Shown one piece after another: positions 25,652 through 38,973 of a stretch of DNA of 64,000 bases. The stretch covers positions 81,242,564 to 81,306,563 of the forward strand of contig NC_068981.1 of the NCBI RefSeq assembly GCF_001194135.2. Reading direction: 5' to 3'. Under the pieces are notes generated by a model. That model did not search any database and was not told where the DNA came from. It saw nothing but the letters and a program-made list of their open reading frames with translations. Both the position numbers and the translations under genes were made by a program. The DNA comes from Octopus bimaculoides. Lineage: Eukaryota. The number at the start of each line of letters is the position of its first letter. The stretch's first letter is position 1.

Positions 25652-26030
25652 TACATTATTTATATTTGACGGATATTTGTCCTTATCTTGTTTGTTGTTA
25701 ACACAACGTTTCGGCTGATATACCCTCCAGCCTTCATCAGGTGTCTTGGGGAAATTTTGAACCCGAGTTCTCATTCCTAAAGTATTTTTTTTTGATGTTG
25801 TTATTATTATTATTAAGGTCACTGCCTGGAATCGAACTCGGAATCTTGGGGTTAGTAGCCAGCGCTCTTAACCACTACGCCATATGCCCGTGGGCTTTAT
25901 ATACCCTCCAGCCTTCATCAGGTGTCTTGGGTAAATTTTGAACCTGGGCTCTCATTCCTGAAAGGTCACTGCCTGGAATCGAATTTGGAATCAAGATGAG
26001 GACGAATATCTGTCAAATATAAATAATGTA
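25652..26030 (-). mobile_element. Non-autonomous Penelope-type element with tRNA-derived head, partial tandem copy and 39-bp inverted termini
   Basis: A box 25872-82, B box 25828-39, hammerhead 25700-45, duplicated block about 25899-25990, inverted repeat 25652-90 / 25992-26030. Confidence 0.75.
25700..25745 (-). ncRNA. Minimal type I hammerhead ribozyme (Penelope type, palindromic stem III)
   Basis: GACAC-CUGAUGA-A-GGCUG[10 nt]CAGCC-GAAAC-GUU-GUGUU; stems I and II pair, with one extra A after the core. Confidence 0.75.
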
Positions 26031-28444
26031 AATAATGTACATAATTCCTCATCTCTTAAATATAGAACTGTATTATTTAAAATAGTTTATATAGTAACTA
26101 CACCATACCAAACAGTTGACTTCTACTTTAATGTAAATTATATTTGCACTTTGTGTGTTGGTTTGGAACAAAAAGAATTTTCTGACCCCAAGGCACAGCT
26201 TTGTGTATGCTATTGGTTTATTTCATACAGTGGATTCATAACTGTTGTATCCCTAATAATTAGTTCCAGTTGTTTCACAAAAAGTTCTGGGTCAAATGGG
26301 TAATCTTTTTACCTTTTACTTATTTCAATTATTGGACTGCGGCCATAGTGGGGGCACTGCCTTAAAGAGTTTAGTCAAACAAATTGACCCCAGTAATTAC
26401 TCTATAAGCCTCTTTTGCTGAACCGCTATGTTATGGAGATGTAAGCAAACCAGGACCGATGGTTAAGCAATAGTGGGGGATAAATGCAACATACACACAC
26501 ACATATATATGCATGCTTATATACGTCATTCATCTGTGAAATAGCCAATTGCGACCTATTTATTAATTGAAGGAAAAGATGCCACTCATAAAACTCCTTT
26601 CAATTGTTAGAACTAATAAGAGTGGGAAGGAAACAGTTTTATTTGTTATCCCCAGGAGCAGGCACAGAGACTTTGTCTTTTGCAGAGCAATCCCCCGCTT
26701 TCTCTCTCAACATCAATGCGGTTGAAGTATTGTGCATGTACATACAATATACATGCACTTATATTCATAAATATACATATATAGACACATAAACACATAT
26801 ATAAATACATAAGCATAAGCAATTCAACTAGAAAAAAAATGAAATAAATAAAAGGTTTCTACAGAAATTGCTGACAAATACTTTCAGTTATATATACTTT
26901 CCCCGAAAGATCATCAGTAAAACTTATATGGGAAGGAATCTTAGAGAGTATAAGATCTAACAAAGAAAAATTATGTGAGTGTTTAGTGAAGAATATGAAG
27001 GAGGATCATGAAAATATGAGACAGACTTTGCAACTTGCTAGTTCAGAGAAGGGAAGTCCGATGTAGTAAAGGGGACCGAATTTTAAAAAATACAGTTTGG
27101 GATTATTTGGAAGGAAACCAAAATTTCAAGATGACATTGTTGATACTGCTGGGGAGATATGAATTGATCATAATTGAAGTTGTACACAAGAATAACTTAC
27201 ATAAACTTCAGTAGGTCATTTTCACAATGGCTATCTACTGTTCAACATTCATATTATTCAAGCTGCACCTAGATTGAAATACACTTTATCTCAACTATCA
27301 CCTTACTTGTATTGTTGAAATTGTATACCGACTGAATGGAAAATATACCCAGAAGCATTTCACTGATTATCTATAATATGCCTAAGCTTATATCTATCCT
27401 GTTAAACAAGAAATGACTAGAGTTACTGAGGTTTTAAAACAGGTCACTCTGAAACAAATATGTCGTTCAAAATGGCTCACAGTCAGATTATATTGAAGGA
27501 TAGCCACTATTTCTTATTGAAAAAGACATTTCTTTGGTAATTGTTTAAGTAATGTTCACAATAAAATAAAAAGAAAAAAAACTAACAAAAATGTTTGTTT
27601 GTGTATGTCAGGGTTATCATCCCCCCCCTCCCACCAGCACGATACATTTATTTATAAATTATTGTTTGTCTTTGCATTATTTAAATATGACGTTTCAGTT
27701 GATTAACTTTCGAAATATTTTCATGTTTGTTTTGGTCAGTTACATGTTTCTACATGAATCTATTATCATCGTTACCATCACTGTTATTTTATTATAAATT
27801 ATATTATCCATTTCAAACATTTTCTAATTTTCTTAAACTAAGCACTTCGAAACTTTGGATACTGGTAGAATGTGTCACATCGAACAGGGTTTACTTTTAA
27901 TGTCTTTGACAAAATTTTGTATTTCAGAAGTTATTTCGTGTTGAAGTTGTCATATTTGGGTAATTTTAACCACTCAATGACGTGTATTCAGCTGAAGAAA
28001 TACACAATACAAAACCATCTTTATACATGCACACACAATTTATAAATAAAGCATAATTTTATAAGAGTGATGACGAAGATTAATAAAACGAAGATTAATA
28101 AAACTTATAGCACATCTTATAAGCATAAAACATGGTACAATAGAATTTTTGAAGATATTCAGATTGTTGTTTTGTCACCAAAATACATGGTACATGTGCT
28201 GATGAAATGAATGAACCAAGACAAAATCATAGGGATGGTAGAGACTTTGGTGATGTCATTGAAAAGATTGTTACAATGAAATATTAATCAGAAACAATAC
28301 ATTCTTTGAGAGCAGTAAATTGAAATTGGAAAAAATTAATTGATATATTGTGCACACAAATTTGTTATCTAAAAATTTGAATTAGAAAATATGGATTAGT
28401 ATAGGAAGCTGTGATTAATTGGTAAGATTACAGATGTAATATAA

Positions 28445-28660
28445 TGGTTTCAAATTTTGGCACAAGGCCAATAATTTCAGGGGAGGGAGTAAATCAGTTC
28501 CATCCAACCCAGTTCTCAACTGGTACTTATTTTACTGACCCTGAAAGGATGAAAGGCAAAGTCAATCTTAGCAGAATTTGAACTCAGAACATAAAGACAG
28601 ACGAAATGTTGCTAAGCATTTTGCATGCTATATTAATAGCTCTGCCAGCTCACTGCCATA
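28445..28660 (-). mobile_element. SINE family C, near full length
   Basis: Colinear with 3250-3450. Confidence 0.88.
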
Positions 28661-31129
28661 ATAGATGTAATATGATGATGAATATTTTATTACTAACTCA
28701 CTTAGACTTGGAGATGTTATTGATTTCATCCTAATACACAAATAAGGCAGATATTAAACAATGATGATGATGAAGAGTAACATGTCCATGAGAAATGATG
28801 GTGAACTAATATTTGTAAAGATTAGGTAATCTTTTTGTATCTGGTCATAAGAAGAATGAACTTGAAAATAATCAATATTCCATAGCGTTTTCTAATCAAG
28901 GTTCCCTAGAATCCAAAAGTTCTGCAAATTATATTTAAAAGCATTTTTGAGTCACTTTTGTGTTTTAATTCAATATTCGTAGTTTTATTATAAACATACA
29001 GCAAATTCTTTAAGATTGAGAAATCCTGGCATCTGTAGGTTGGAAGGCAACTCTTAATAGGGAATTGCAGATATACATGTGTGTGTGTGAGATTGTCCAC
29101 CATCACCATCATGTCTGCTTTTCATGCAGACATGGATTGAATAGGTCTTCACAATTCAAAGTTGCAACTCTCATAGTCTGGTGTCTGTATATTTAACTTT
29201 TGATTTGGTTTCTATGGCTGGACGCCCTTCCTATTACCAATTTCTTTACAATATAAACTGGATGCATTTTATTCAGACATCAGCACTAGAGAGGTTATAC
29301 TGTATTGTTTTAAGACAGAGGACCTCAGTATGAAAATGCTTAACTTTGCTAAAATGACAAAGTATATATCTGTAGTTAAATTCTTTAATTAGCAATGAAG
29401 TTATGGTATTACTGGTTACTAAAATAAGTCAGGATGATCCAGTAAAAAATGTCTTTGCTAACAAGACCTATCAGATGTAATGGGTTATATTATAAGTTTN
29501 NNNNNNNNNNNNNNNNNNNNNNNNNNNNNNNNNNNNNNNNNNNNNNNNNNNNNNNNNNNNNNNNNNNNNNNNNNNNNNNNNNNNNNNNNNNNNNNNNNNN
29601 NNNNNNNNNNNNNNNNNNNNNNNNNNNNNNNNNNNNNNNNNNNNNNNNNNNNNNNNNNNNNNNNNNNNNNNNNNNNNNNNNNNNNNNNNNNNNNNNNNNN
29701 NNNNNNNNNNNNNNNNNNNNNNNNNNNNNNNNNNNNNNNNNNNNNNNNNNNNNNNNNNNNNNNNNNNNNNNNNNNNNNNNNNNNNNNNNNNNNNNNNNNN
29801 NNNNNNNNNNNNNNNNNNNNNNNNNNNNNNNNNNNNNNNNNNNNNNNNNNNNNNNNNNNNNNNNNNNNNNNNNNNNNNNNNNNNNNNNNNNNNNNNNNNN
29901 NNNNNNNNNNNNNNNNNNNNNNNNNNNNNNNNNNNNNNNNNNNNNNNNNNNNNNNNNNNNNNNNNNNNNNNNNNNNNNNAAATGTCTTTGCTAACAAGAC
30001 CTATCAGATGTAATGGGTTATATTATAAGTTTTAACTATGTGATAAAGAAGATTGCTTACCATGTACATGGTTTCAAGTTCAGTCCTATTGTTGTTTCTG
30101 TCTACAAATCCAATTGGCTTTGATTGGCCTGGGTCTATTGTAAAAGACACTTACCCAAGGTACCATATAGTGGGAATGAACTCAGAATCAAGCGGTTGGA
30201 AAGTCTGCTTCTCAACTATTTTCCCCTAAATTTTCAATTTTAAAACATTCATGTTAAGGACTTAAAATTTTGCCTGATGACTTTTTCTATTGATCTGGTT
30301 AAATGAGCCATCAGGCAAAGCTAACAGACTTAAGCTGCATGAACTTTACATTAAATTTGACTCTACTCACAGTAAGGAGTCTAGAGAACCCCAATTGGTA
30401 GGTGTTCTACATTATTCTTAAACTTATTTTTAAAAAAATTTGTCAATTTAATATTAACTATAAAACATAGTTTTCTTTTCAAATTTCCCATGTGAATAGC
30501 ACTGCTGAATAATTACACTATTTAAGTAGATTAAGTAATTACACTAATTAGAGTAATAAAACAAACAATATTCAGTAATTTTTCTTTACTTAACCTCCAT
30601 GCAATGAACCAAAAATTTGAAAAAACTGAATACTGTTAACATAGATAGAGGCTTCCTTGGCTTGTAAAGCAACCCAGCATAATACAGAGCTGGAATGTAT
30701 ATGAAACCAGTTTTAAAACAATGCAGACACATGACATCTTATGCTACAACATACAGCAAGATAGACAGTAATTTATTTATTCTGATTATGAAACAAGATA
30801 TGGTTAGGGCTAATAATTAGAATTGGCCTAAGGCTTAATAAAGCAATGAAAAAAAAAATAACCAAGACAAGCTTTATATGATAATTTTATAAAAATTTCC
30901 ATAGTATCTTGTAATACAGGTACAACACCAATTTTCCAGACACTGATGGTCTGGAACCTCTTATAATTCACAATAATTTATAAGCAGAGCTGACAGACTA
31001 GCTTACTGGGAGGTCCTGTTTTACAGTAACTTGCACAGTACAGTATTAATAAACTTGTATCATTTATACTACTGTACAAGCCTGTATTTTATTTGATTAT
31101 TTAAGTAAATTTAATATTTGTTTAATTTA

Positions 31130-31345
31130 AGGCAGCAATTTGGCAGAATTGTTAACACGCTGGGCAAAATGCTTAGTGGCATTTCATCTGTGTTCATGTT
31201 CTGAGTTCAAATTCCGCTGACGTTGACTTTGCCTTTCATTCTTTCAGGATCAATAAAATAAGCCTCAGTTGAGTACTGAGGTTGATGTAATCTAATTATC
31301 TCCTCCCACAAAATTGCTGACCTTGTGCCAAAATTTAAACTCAAT
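31130..31345 (+). mobile_element. SINE family C, near full length
   Basis: Head ggcagcaatttggcagaattgttaac...gagttcaaattccgc; end ccttgtgccaaaattt. Confidence 0.88.
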
Positions 31346-31362
31346 ATTTGTTTAATTTCAAG

Positions 31363-32238
31363 CGTGGCACATGAAAAGACATTCGAGCGAGATCGTTGCC
31401 AGTGCCGATGGACTGGTTCCTGTGCAGCTGGCACATAAAATACACCATTCCGAGCATGGCCGTCGCCAGTACCCGCCTAACTAGCCCTCGTGCCGGTGGC
31501 ACGTAAAAGCACCCACTACACTCTCGGAGTGGTTGGCGTTAGGAAGGGCATCCAGCTGTAGAAACTCTACCAAATCAGATTGGAGCCTGGTGTCGCCTCC
31601 TGGTCCACCAGTCCTCAGTCAAACCGTCCAACCCATGCTAGCGNNNNNNNNNNNNNNNNNNNNNNNNNNNNNNNNNNNNNNNNNNNNNNNNNNNNNNNNN
31701 NNNNNNNNNNNNNNNNNNNNNNNNNNNNNNNNNNNNNNNNNNNNNNNNNNNNNNNNNNNNNNNNNNNNNNNNNNNNNNNNNNNNNNNNNNNNNNNNNNNN
31801 NNNNNNNNNNNNNNNNNNNNNNNNNNNNNNNNNNNNNNNNNNNNNNNNNNNNNNNNNNNNNNNNNNNNNNNNNNNNNNNNNNNNNNNNNNNNNNNNNNNN
31901 NNNNNNNNNNNNNNNNNNNNNNNNNNNNNNNNCGTGGCACATGAAAAGACATTCGAGCGAGATCGTTGCCAGTGCCGATGGACTGGTTCCTGTGCAGCTG
32001 GCACATAAAATACACCATTCCGAGCATGGCCGTCGCCAGTACCCGCCTAACTAGCCCTCGTGCCGGTGGCACGTAAAAGCACCCACTACACTCTCGGAGT
32101 GGTTGGCGTTAGGAAGGGCATCCAGCTGTAGAAACTCTACCAAATCAGATTGGAGCCTGGTGTCGCCTCCTGGTCCACCAGTCCTCAGTCAAACCGTCCA
32201 ACCCATGCTAGCGGACGTTAAATGATGATGATGATGAT
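31363..32238 (+). mobile_element. RTE 3'-end element (family B), shown twice across a gap
   Basis: 31363-31643 is identical to 31933-32213; (GAT)n tail; same 3' UTR as 7871-8168. Confidence 0.85.
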
Positions 32239-32694
32239 GTGACTATCCCTAGTTTGGAAAAATCAGTAATCTGGAAAGGCTTTGGGACCAAAGGCTCCAG
32301 AAAATCAATGTTGTATCTGCATTTAATATTTGTATACAGTGATAATAAACCAAATTAAATTGGATAGCTTCTTCACCTCAACATTGAAAAACATAAAATG
32401 ATTAACAAGTATCAGAGGAAACACTGAAACTTCAGCAATGCATTCTTGTGGGATTTTAAAAATTTGAATATGTTTTCAAGGAATTTAAGAAATATTGTTA
32501 AATTCATTAGCAGCAACAGAAGCAGTTTTAATACCGAGAGGTAATATTTATCTTATCTTAAAAGTGGATGTTGTGTTAGATCCAATTTTAAGTGGTGATA
32601 ACATAAAATATCACCTATTGTTAAATTCAGTTAGTCTTCACATGTATATGTAGATACAGATCATACATTAACACAAACATATACTCTTTTCTTT

Positions 32695-33084
32695 TTACTC
32701 TTTTACTTGTTTCAGTCATTTGACTGCGGCCATGCTGGAGCACCGCCTTTAGTTGAGCAAATCAACCCCAGGACTTATTCTTTGGAAGCCTAGTACTTAT
32801 TCTATCGGTCTCTTTTGCCGAACTGCTAAGTTATGGGGACGTAAACACACCAGCATCAGTTGTCAAGCGATGTTGGGGTGACAAACAGACACACAAACAT
32901 ATACACACACATACATATATACGACGGGCTTCTTTCAGTTTCCGTCTACCAAATCCACTCACAAGACTTTGGTCGGCCCGAGGCTATAGTAGAAGACACT
33001 TGCCCAAGGTGCCACGCAGTGGGACTGAACCCAGAACCATGTGGTTGGTAAGCAAGCTACTTACCACACAGCCACTCCTGCGCC
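32695..33084 (-). mobile_element. SINE family A, full-length young reference copy
   Basis: Minus-strand head ggcgcaggagtggctgtgtggt (A box) ... gggttcagtccc (B box), ccttgggcaagt CORE-like motif, internal (TG/TA)n, A-rich tail. Confidence 0.93.
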
Positions 33085-35095
33085 TATATATACACACTTG
33101 CACAGACATACACATTGATGAGAGTGCACGCGCACACACACACACACTCTCTCTCTCTCTCTTTGGATAAAGAGCTTTAGAGAAACTGAATAAAACACCT
33201 GCTGCAAGCCAGGAATAAACTATAAATTGAATGCATGTATGAGCATGCGCATGTATATAAATACATACACACACACATACAATCTTTATACATTATGTAC
33301 CTGCACACACAGAAATACATAAGACTTGTTAGGTCAGTACGCACCTCTGTCAATATTGGGCCAAAACTATTTTCTTTCCTCACCACCAAGTATTTTTCTT
33401 AAATCAGTTATATTTTCAGCAAAGAGAAAAAGAAAGCACTTTCTCTCTTTTGCCATTCCCCCAGTGAGCTGCAGCATCTACTCTCCACCCCTTTCACTCT
33501 CTTATCACATATTCCATTGTCAATTGACATATTTCTTTTTATGCAGATACTGTGTGTGTGTGTGTGTGGGGGGGGGGAATTAGGAAAATTACCTCACTCA
33601 CCTTTCTATTTAATTATTTTCAGCTCTATCCCCCNNNNNNNNNNAGCTGTCCCTTGTCTCTCTCTTATACTTTTCTCTTTTAGTTTCTGAACACACACAC
33701 ACACTGGGAGAGGGAGAGTGAAAGATAATTTTTTACAATATATTATATTGGACAAAAAAAGATGCAAATATGCATACATGCATATAGCTGTTATGTTATG
33801 AAGCAGTAAAAGGAAAAAATAGACAAAATGTAATGAATTACCAGTGGAACTGTAGAAATTATGCAAGCCTTATAATCATAAGATTTTGTGATGTAATCTT
33901 ACCATACTTTTTACTAGATGCATAATCAAAGGCAAACTATCATATTTAAAGTGCTAATCAAGATTGTTATGTAATACAGGGACTTTAAACACTCACATGG
34001 CCAATGTACCATGCTGCAGGATTGAACCTTGAACCATGTTTTCTGCCATAGCCTTGGGCTCATCAACGCTACATGATTAAAATTAGATAATTGGAGACTG
34101 TGCAGAAGCCTGACATTATCTGTGTATAGTTAAATGTCATGAAACAAAAGAACTAACATTCATTACTAGAAAACAGAGTTGAAAACTTTTTACCACAGTA
34201 TAGAATCAGTTAATAGATAGTATTCTGAATTTCAGGTAAACTACAGAGAAAATTTATATAGAATTGTATCAAATCTATACTACTGCTGTTTCAATTCTAT
34301 GCAAATTTGTACTGGTGTACTTTTAAAACTTGGAATTTTGGCCTAAAAACTTAAATTAAATTACATATACTCTATTTCTGATATGGAAAATTTTATCACC
34401 CTGTCTATTCATCATCATCATTGTCATCATTTTAGAATCTGCTTTTTCATGTGGAATTACTTGGTGAATTTTCTAAGGCCAGATGCCCTTCCTGTCACCA
34501 ACCATCATTTGTTTCCAAATAAGATAATATGACATTTTCTCTGAAGATTGGACACAAAAGACACTGTTTGCATGACAGTGGCACTTGTTTATAACTATCA
34601 TGTCAAGGCAAGAAGACAATAACACACACGATGGGCTTCTTTCAGTTTCTATTTACAGTATAGTGTGTTACATAATTTTTCCCCAACATGTATTGCCAAA
34701 TTACTATTTCAGGATTACTTCCAGTTATATAAACAATCTAACACAAGAAAACTGCACAGCCGTAACTACTGAATTAGATCAAATTCATGATCACACCTGC
34801 ATGTTCTCTTCAATGGCTTATAAAACTAAAATTATCAAAAGAAGACTAAAAATATTTTTATACAGACTTAACTAATCAAAACATATCAGAATTAATCTTA
34901 AGAAGGGAGGGGCATAAGAAAGAAACAAGCACAAGTAAAAATTATTCAAAAGTAGTTGAGACTTGAATGAGAAAAAATTTATTAAAACTGAAGAATAAAT
35001 GATATACTTAAAGACTTTCTTACTAAACAAATTAAAAATAAAACAGTTTTAAAGTTGGTCATGGCCTAGGGTACTGTTGGTACTTATACAAGCTT

Positions 35096-35315
35096 CATCA
35101 TCATCATCATCATCATTTAACGTCCACTTTCCATGCTAGCATGGGTTGGACGATTTGATTGGGGACTGGTGAACCAGATGGCTACACCAGACTCCAATCT
35201 GATCTGGCAGAGTTTCTACAGCTGGATGCCCTTCCTAACACCAACCACTCCGAGAGTGTAGTGGATGCTTTTTACGTGCCACCGGCACGAGGGCCAGTCC
35301 AGTGGTACTGGCAAC
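35096..35315 (-). mobile_element. RTE 3'-end element (family B)
   Basis: (CAT)n-ttaacgtccactttccatgctagcatggg...ggatgcccttcctaac. Confidence 0.9.
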
Positions 35316-36449
35316 GCTTATGTCCTCTAAATAATACTGCAAATTCAAAAGATACTAATATTATCAAAAAGTATAAAGAATGAACATTTGTGTTTAGTAT
35401 AAATAAATGATGACATAGAAACCAAATCTTGTATTTCATTACAAAGACACAGTCACCATACATATCAAGAAAACAGTCTTACACTATATCTAATCTTAAC
35501 ACAACTAAAGAACCTAAAATCACAAAAAAAAAAAAAATTAATTTAAAAACAAAATGTTCAGCTTCACAGTTTCTGGTGATCTTTTATAGAAAAAGTGAAA
35601 ACATACAAGCTTAACCTGAATAATATACTTGAAATCCACTCAGCTGCTGGCCTACTCCAAAGCACATATGCAGCCCACATTACTGTATTACCCACATAGT
35701 TGAGGGGGCATTTCTACAACATATACAAACTTTCTCAACCATACCTGAACACAAAAATCATCTGGCTTATTGGCAAAGTTTCACTCATCAACATACAACC
35801 ACCAGCTCACAGATGTGTTTATTTTTCCCTATCCCTGTATCATCTACAGCTACCATCAAATACAAAAGTTTTAGGTAGTAGAAAAGAAGAGAGGCTCCAC
35901 TGCCATTGGAATATCTTTTACCTTTTATTTTTTACTAGTCTCAGTCATTAGACTGTGGCCATGCTGGGGCACTGCCTTGTATGTTAATTGTTTGTAATAC
36001 ATTACTTAATGTTATGTACTTTCACAAGGAGTAGACACTAAAAAGGCTTTCCATATGGTATACCCAGTGTAAAATATAAGTGTACAGAATGGATTGTGGG
36101 ATTGCAGACAGTCTGACAGTGAAATAAAGACTTTGCTTTTAACAGATGTACAGGAGTGGTTAGTAGTAAGAGCAGCCAGGAAATATATTCTTTCAAAATC
36201 CTTTCCATAAGAGTAGCCAAGAGCTTAGTTACCTAGATTAGTGTTTCTCATGGGAAAGGAACAGTAAGGATTGAAAAGATAACACACAAATTGCCATATT
36301 TAATAAAATCAAGACAGTATTAAACTTGGCCTTCACCATGGAGTAGAAAAGAATATGATTTGGATGCAAACTTTATTTTGGTATCCCTTTAATATAAAGA
36401 GAAATATTAAAACTTACACAAACGTTTTGTCTTGTTTTTTTCTTTGCAG

Positions 36450-36900
36450 GAGTGTAGACTGATATTAATCAGTTTGAGGACTGTTGACCTAGGCATCCTA
36501 ATTTAGCAATGGTATGGTACCCAGAGTAAGAACAAATTTGAAGAGGTATTATTTCTGCTGGCAACAAGAGGATTCTCTCTGCAAATGACTCTCAGATTGT
36601 TTGATGTTTGTGTACAAGTTTGATATTGCATGGTAGGGAAACATGGACATTTAAAGCAGAGGATGTGTGAAAGCTGGAAAGAAAGGAGATAAGTTTGCTC
36701 CATTGGATGTGCATGAATGACAGAGCACAAATGAACTGAGAGAAAAAGTGGATATAAAAACAATCAAATGAAAGTGTGCAACAGGTATAGACATATGATG
36801 ATACATATGGAAGATAACAGTTGGGAACAGAAGCACCAAGTGACCCAAATAGAAGAAACTTGCAGAAGGGGAAGACAAGGGAAGAAATAATGAAAACTTT
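36450..36900 (+). mobile_element. Decayed RTE LINE RT C-terminal fragment
   Basis: Broken translation LLATRGFSLQMTLRLFDVCV / LHGRETWTFKAEDV*KLERKEISLLHWMC / STNELREK / TCRRGR. Confidence 0.8.
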
Positions 36901-37287
36901 GCACTCTTTGAATTAACCCTTTGCCTGTCCTGTGCACCATGTGATACATTGGACATATTTCCATGGTATCCACACATCATTTATGATACAAATTCCCAAT
37001 TTTTTTTTCAACTGGGATTTATGAAAGGAAAGCTTTATATTATTCAGAATGTATGAAAGAAAAATGGGCTATTAAAAGTCTGAAAACAAGCATGGATGTT
37101 TCAGACAAATTTATGAAAATGCTTTCGACAGGTAAAAGGTTAACAAGCTGAATATCATCTTCACCCACTCCCTTTCTGTCACTCATCATCCCTAAACTGT
37201 TTTGCTTCCTAAACACCTAACCCAACCCTCTTTTTCCCAACACTGAAACACATTTCTTAATCCTGATTTTCCCAAGTCATCAACCTA

Positions 37288-37501
37288 TAAGGGGATGCTG
37301 AAAAGTTCATGGCTTTAAAGGTATTGTGAAAGGCCTGGTTGGAGGTCCAACACAATTCTTTTTACAGGGATTAGGAAAACTGAAGGACCACTGCAATAAG
37401 TGTCTGAATATAAGAAGGGAATATGTTGAATAAAATCATAATTAACTGATCCTTCTGTATTTTATTTTATCCAAAGCCAGGAAATCTTCAGTATCTCCTC
37501 G
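37288..37501. mobile_element. mariner-derived MITE with TA target duplication
   Basis: taaggggatgctgaaaagttcatggcttt / aaagccaggaaatcttcagtatctcctcg; internal KDHCNKCLNIRREYVE resembles a mariner C-terminus. Confidence 0.8.
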
Positions 37502-38561
37502 TACAGATGTTCAAGGTGAACATCAACCACAAAATCTCACCAGTCTAATTGGATTTTCAACCACTCTATTACTATAATCAATAATAATACAAAGAAGACA
37601 AAGTGTGCTTCCATTTCCTTTGGAATTAACACTGAAATTACAGCTTTCAAGTCTCTGTGAAGTGGTACCACCAGTGGTTGGCAGACTTAATCCATCACCA
37701 GCTTATTAGGTATGTTTAATTGAGTTCATGCTCTTACAAGCATTCAGGCCAAGTCTCTAGTTTGTGGGTAACTTCTTCCCACCTGCATCAGAGGCCTTGC
37801 TATAAACAAAAGAGTTATGTGTGCTGCTCTTCTCTCTCTGATTAAATGGTAAAAAAAAAAATTAAATAAAATACTGAAAAATAAGCAAAGTGTTGAGTAA
37901 ATTAACAATGGATCCTTATTTCAACTTGTTGAATTATGACAGTGAAACTGGCTGTATAAGTAAAATATATTTAATAATGATGAGCTCCATCAACATAATG
38001 ATATAATGAACACCAGTGTTGTTAGGAGAAAGGAGAAACTGGGAGTTGTTTGCTTGCTGATAAAGGATTTATTAAACAGAGACATTTGTACAAAACTATT
38101 TTCAGGGAATTTAACATGAAAATCGATCTGCAAAATGTAACACAGAAAGTGTGATATTGAGGTTATTGTAACGGAAATAAAAGGATACTTTATATAATAA
38201 TGCATATAACAAAGTGAAATGCATATAACAAAGTGAAATTGCAAAAGTTGTTAAGTACTCGTATCTTTGGTTAAAATTCTCAAGAATATGAAGGAGGAGG
38301 ACAAGTGTGAAACTAACAATAGCCAGAACATTAGGAATCAATTGTTCATCAGATAACTACAAATAAAGACAAGCATCAATATTATATAAAAAATAAAGTC
38401 TGCATTGCTTGAAGTAGATAATATTATAAGAAAAAGTATTTTTTGTCTGAAGCCTTCAGAGCTGATGGGAAGAAACTTATTTTTATTATTCACTAAACAG
38501 TACACTGTGTATATAGAGATCAACTTTATCTTTCGTCCTTACTCAATTAATAAGGTAAGTA

Positions 38562-38973
38562 AGCCTGTCTGGCTTCTGTGCCAGTGGCACGTAAATAGCA
38601 CCATTTGAGCGTGATCGTTACCAACGTCGCCTTCCTGGCACTTTTGCCAGTGGCACATGAAAAGACATTCGAGCAAGATCGTTGCCAGTGCTGCTGGACT
38701 GGCTCCTGTGCAGGTGGCATGTAAAATACACCATTTCGAGCATGGCTGTTGCCAGTACCGCCTGACTGGCCTTCGTGCCGGTGGCACATAAAAGCACCCA
38801 CTACACTCTCGGAGTGGTTGGCGTTAGGAAGGGCATCCAGCTGTAGAAACTCTGCCAAATCAGATTGGAGCCTGGTGTAGCCACCTGGTCCACCCGTCCT
38901 CAGTCAAATCGTTCAACCCATGCTAGCATGGAAAGCGGACGTTAAACGATGATGATGATGATGATGATGATGA
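38562..38973 (+). mobile_element. RTE 3'-end element (family B) with about four tandem ~63-nt subunits
   Basis: Repeated actggc...gtgcnrgtggcac..aaa..cacc...cgagc...gttgccagt units; (GAT)n tail. Confidence 0.9.

Noticed and set aside
29445-30030. Identical ~55-bp sequence on both sides of a gap
   Set aside because: Assembly overlap artefact.
31363-32213. Identical ~281-bp direct repeat
   Set aside because: Copies flank an N gap exactly, the usual signature of an unmerged contig overlap.
38501-38554. 54-nt plus-strand exon candidate (YTVYIEINFIFRPYSINK|gtaagt)
   Set aside because: Good splice motifs but isolated, with no partner exons or homology; cannot be separated from chance.
38562-38800. 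CRISPR-like array
   Set aside because: Units are contiguous degenerate tandem repeats without unique spacers, inside a eukaryotic retroelement.
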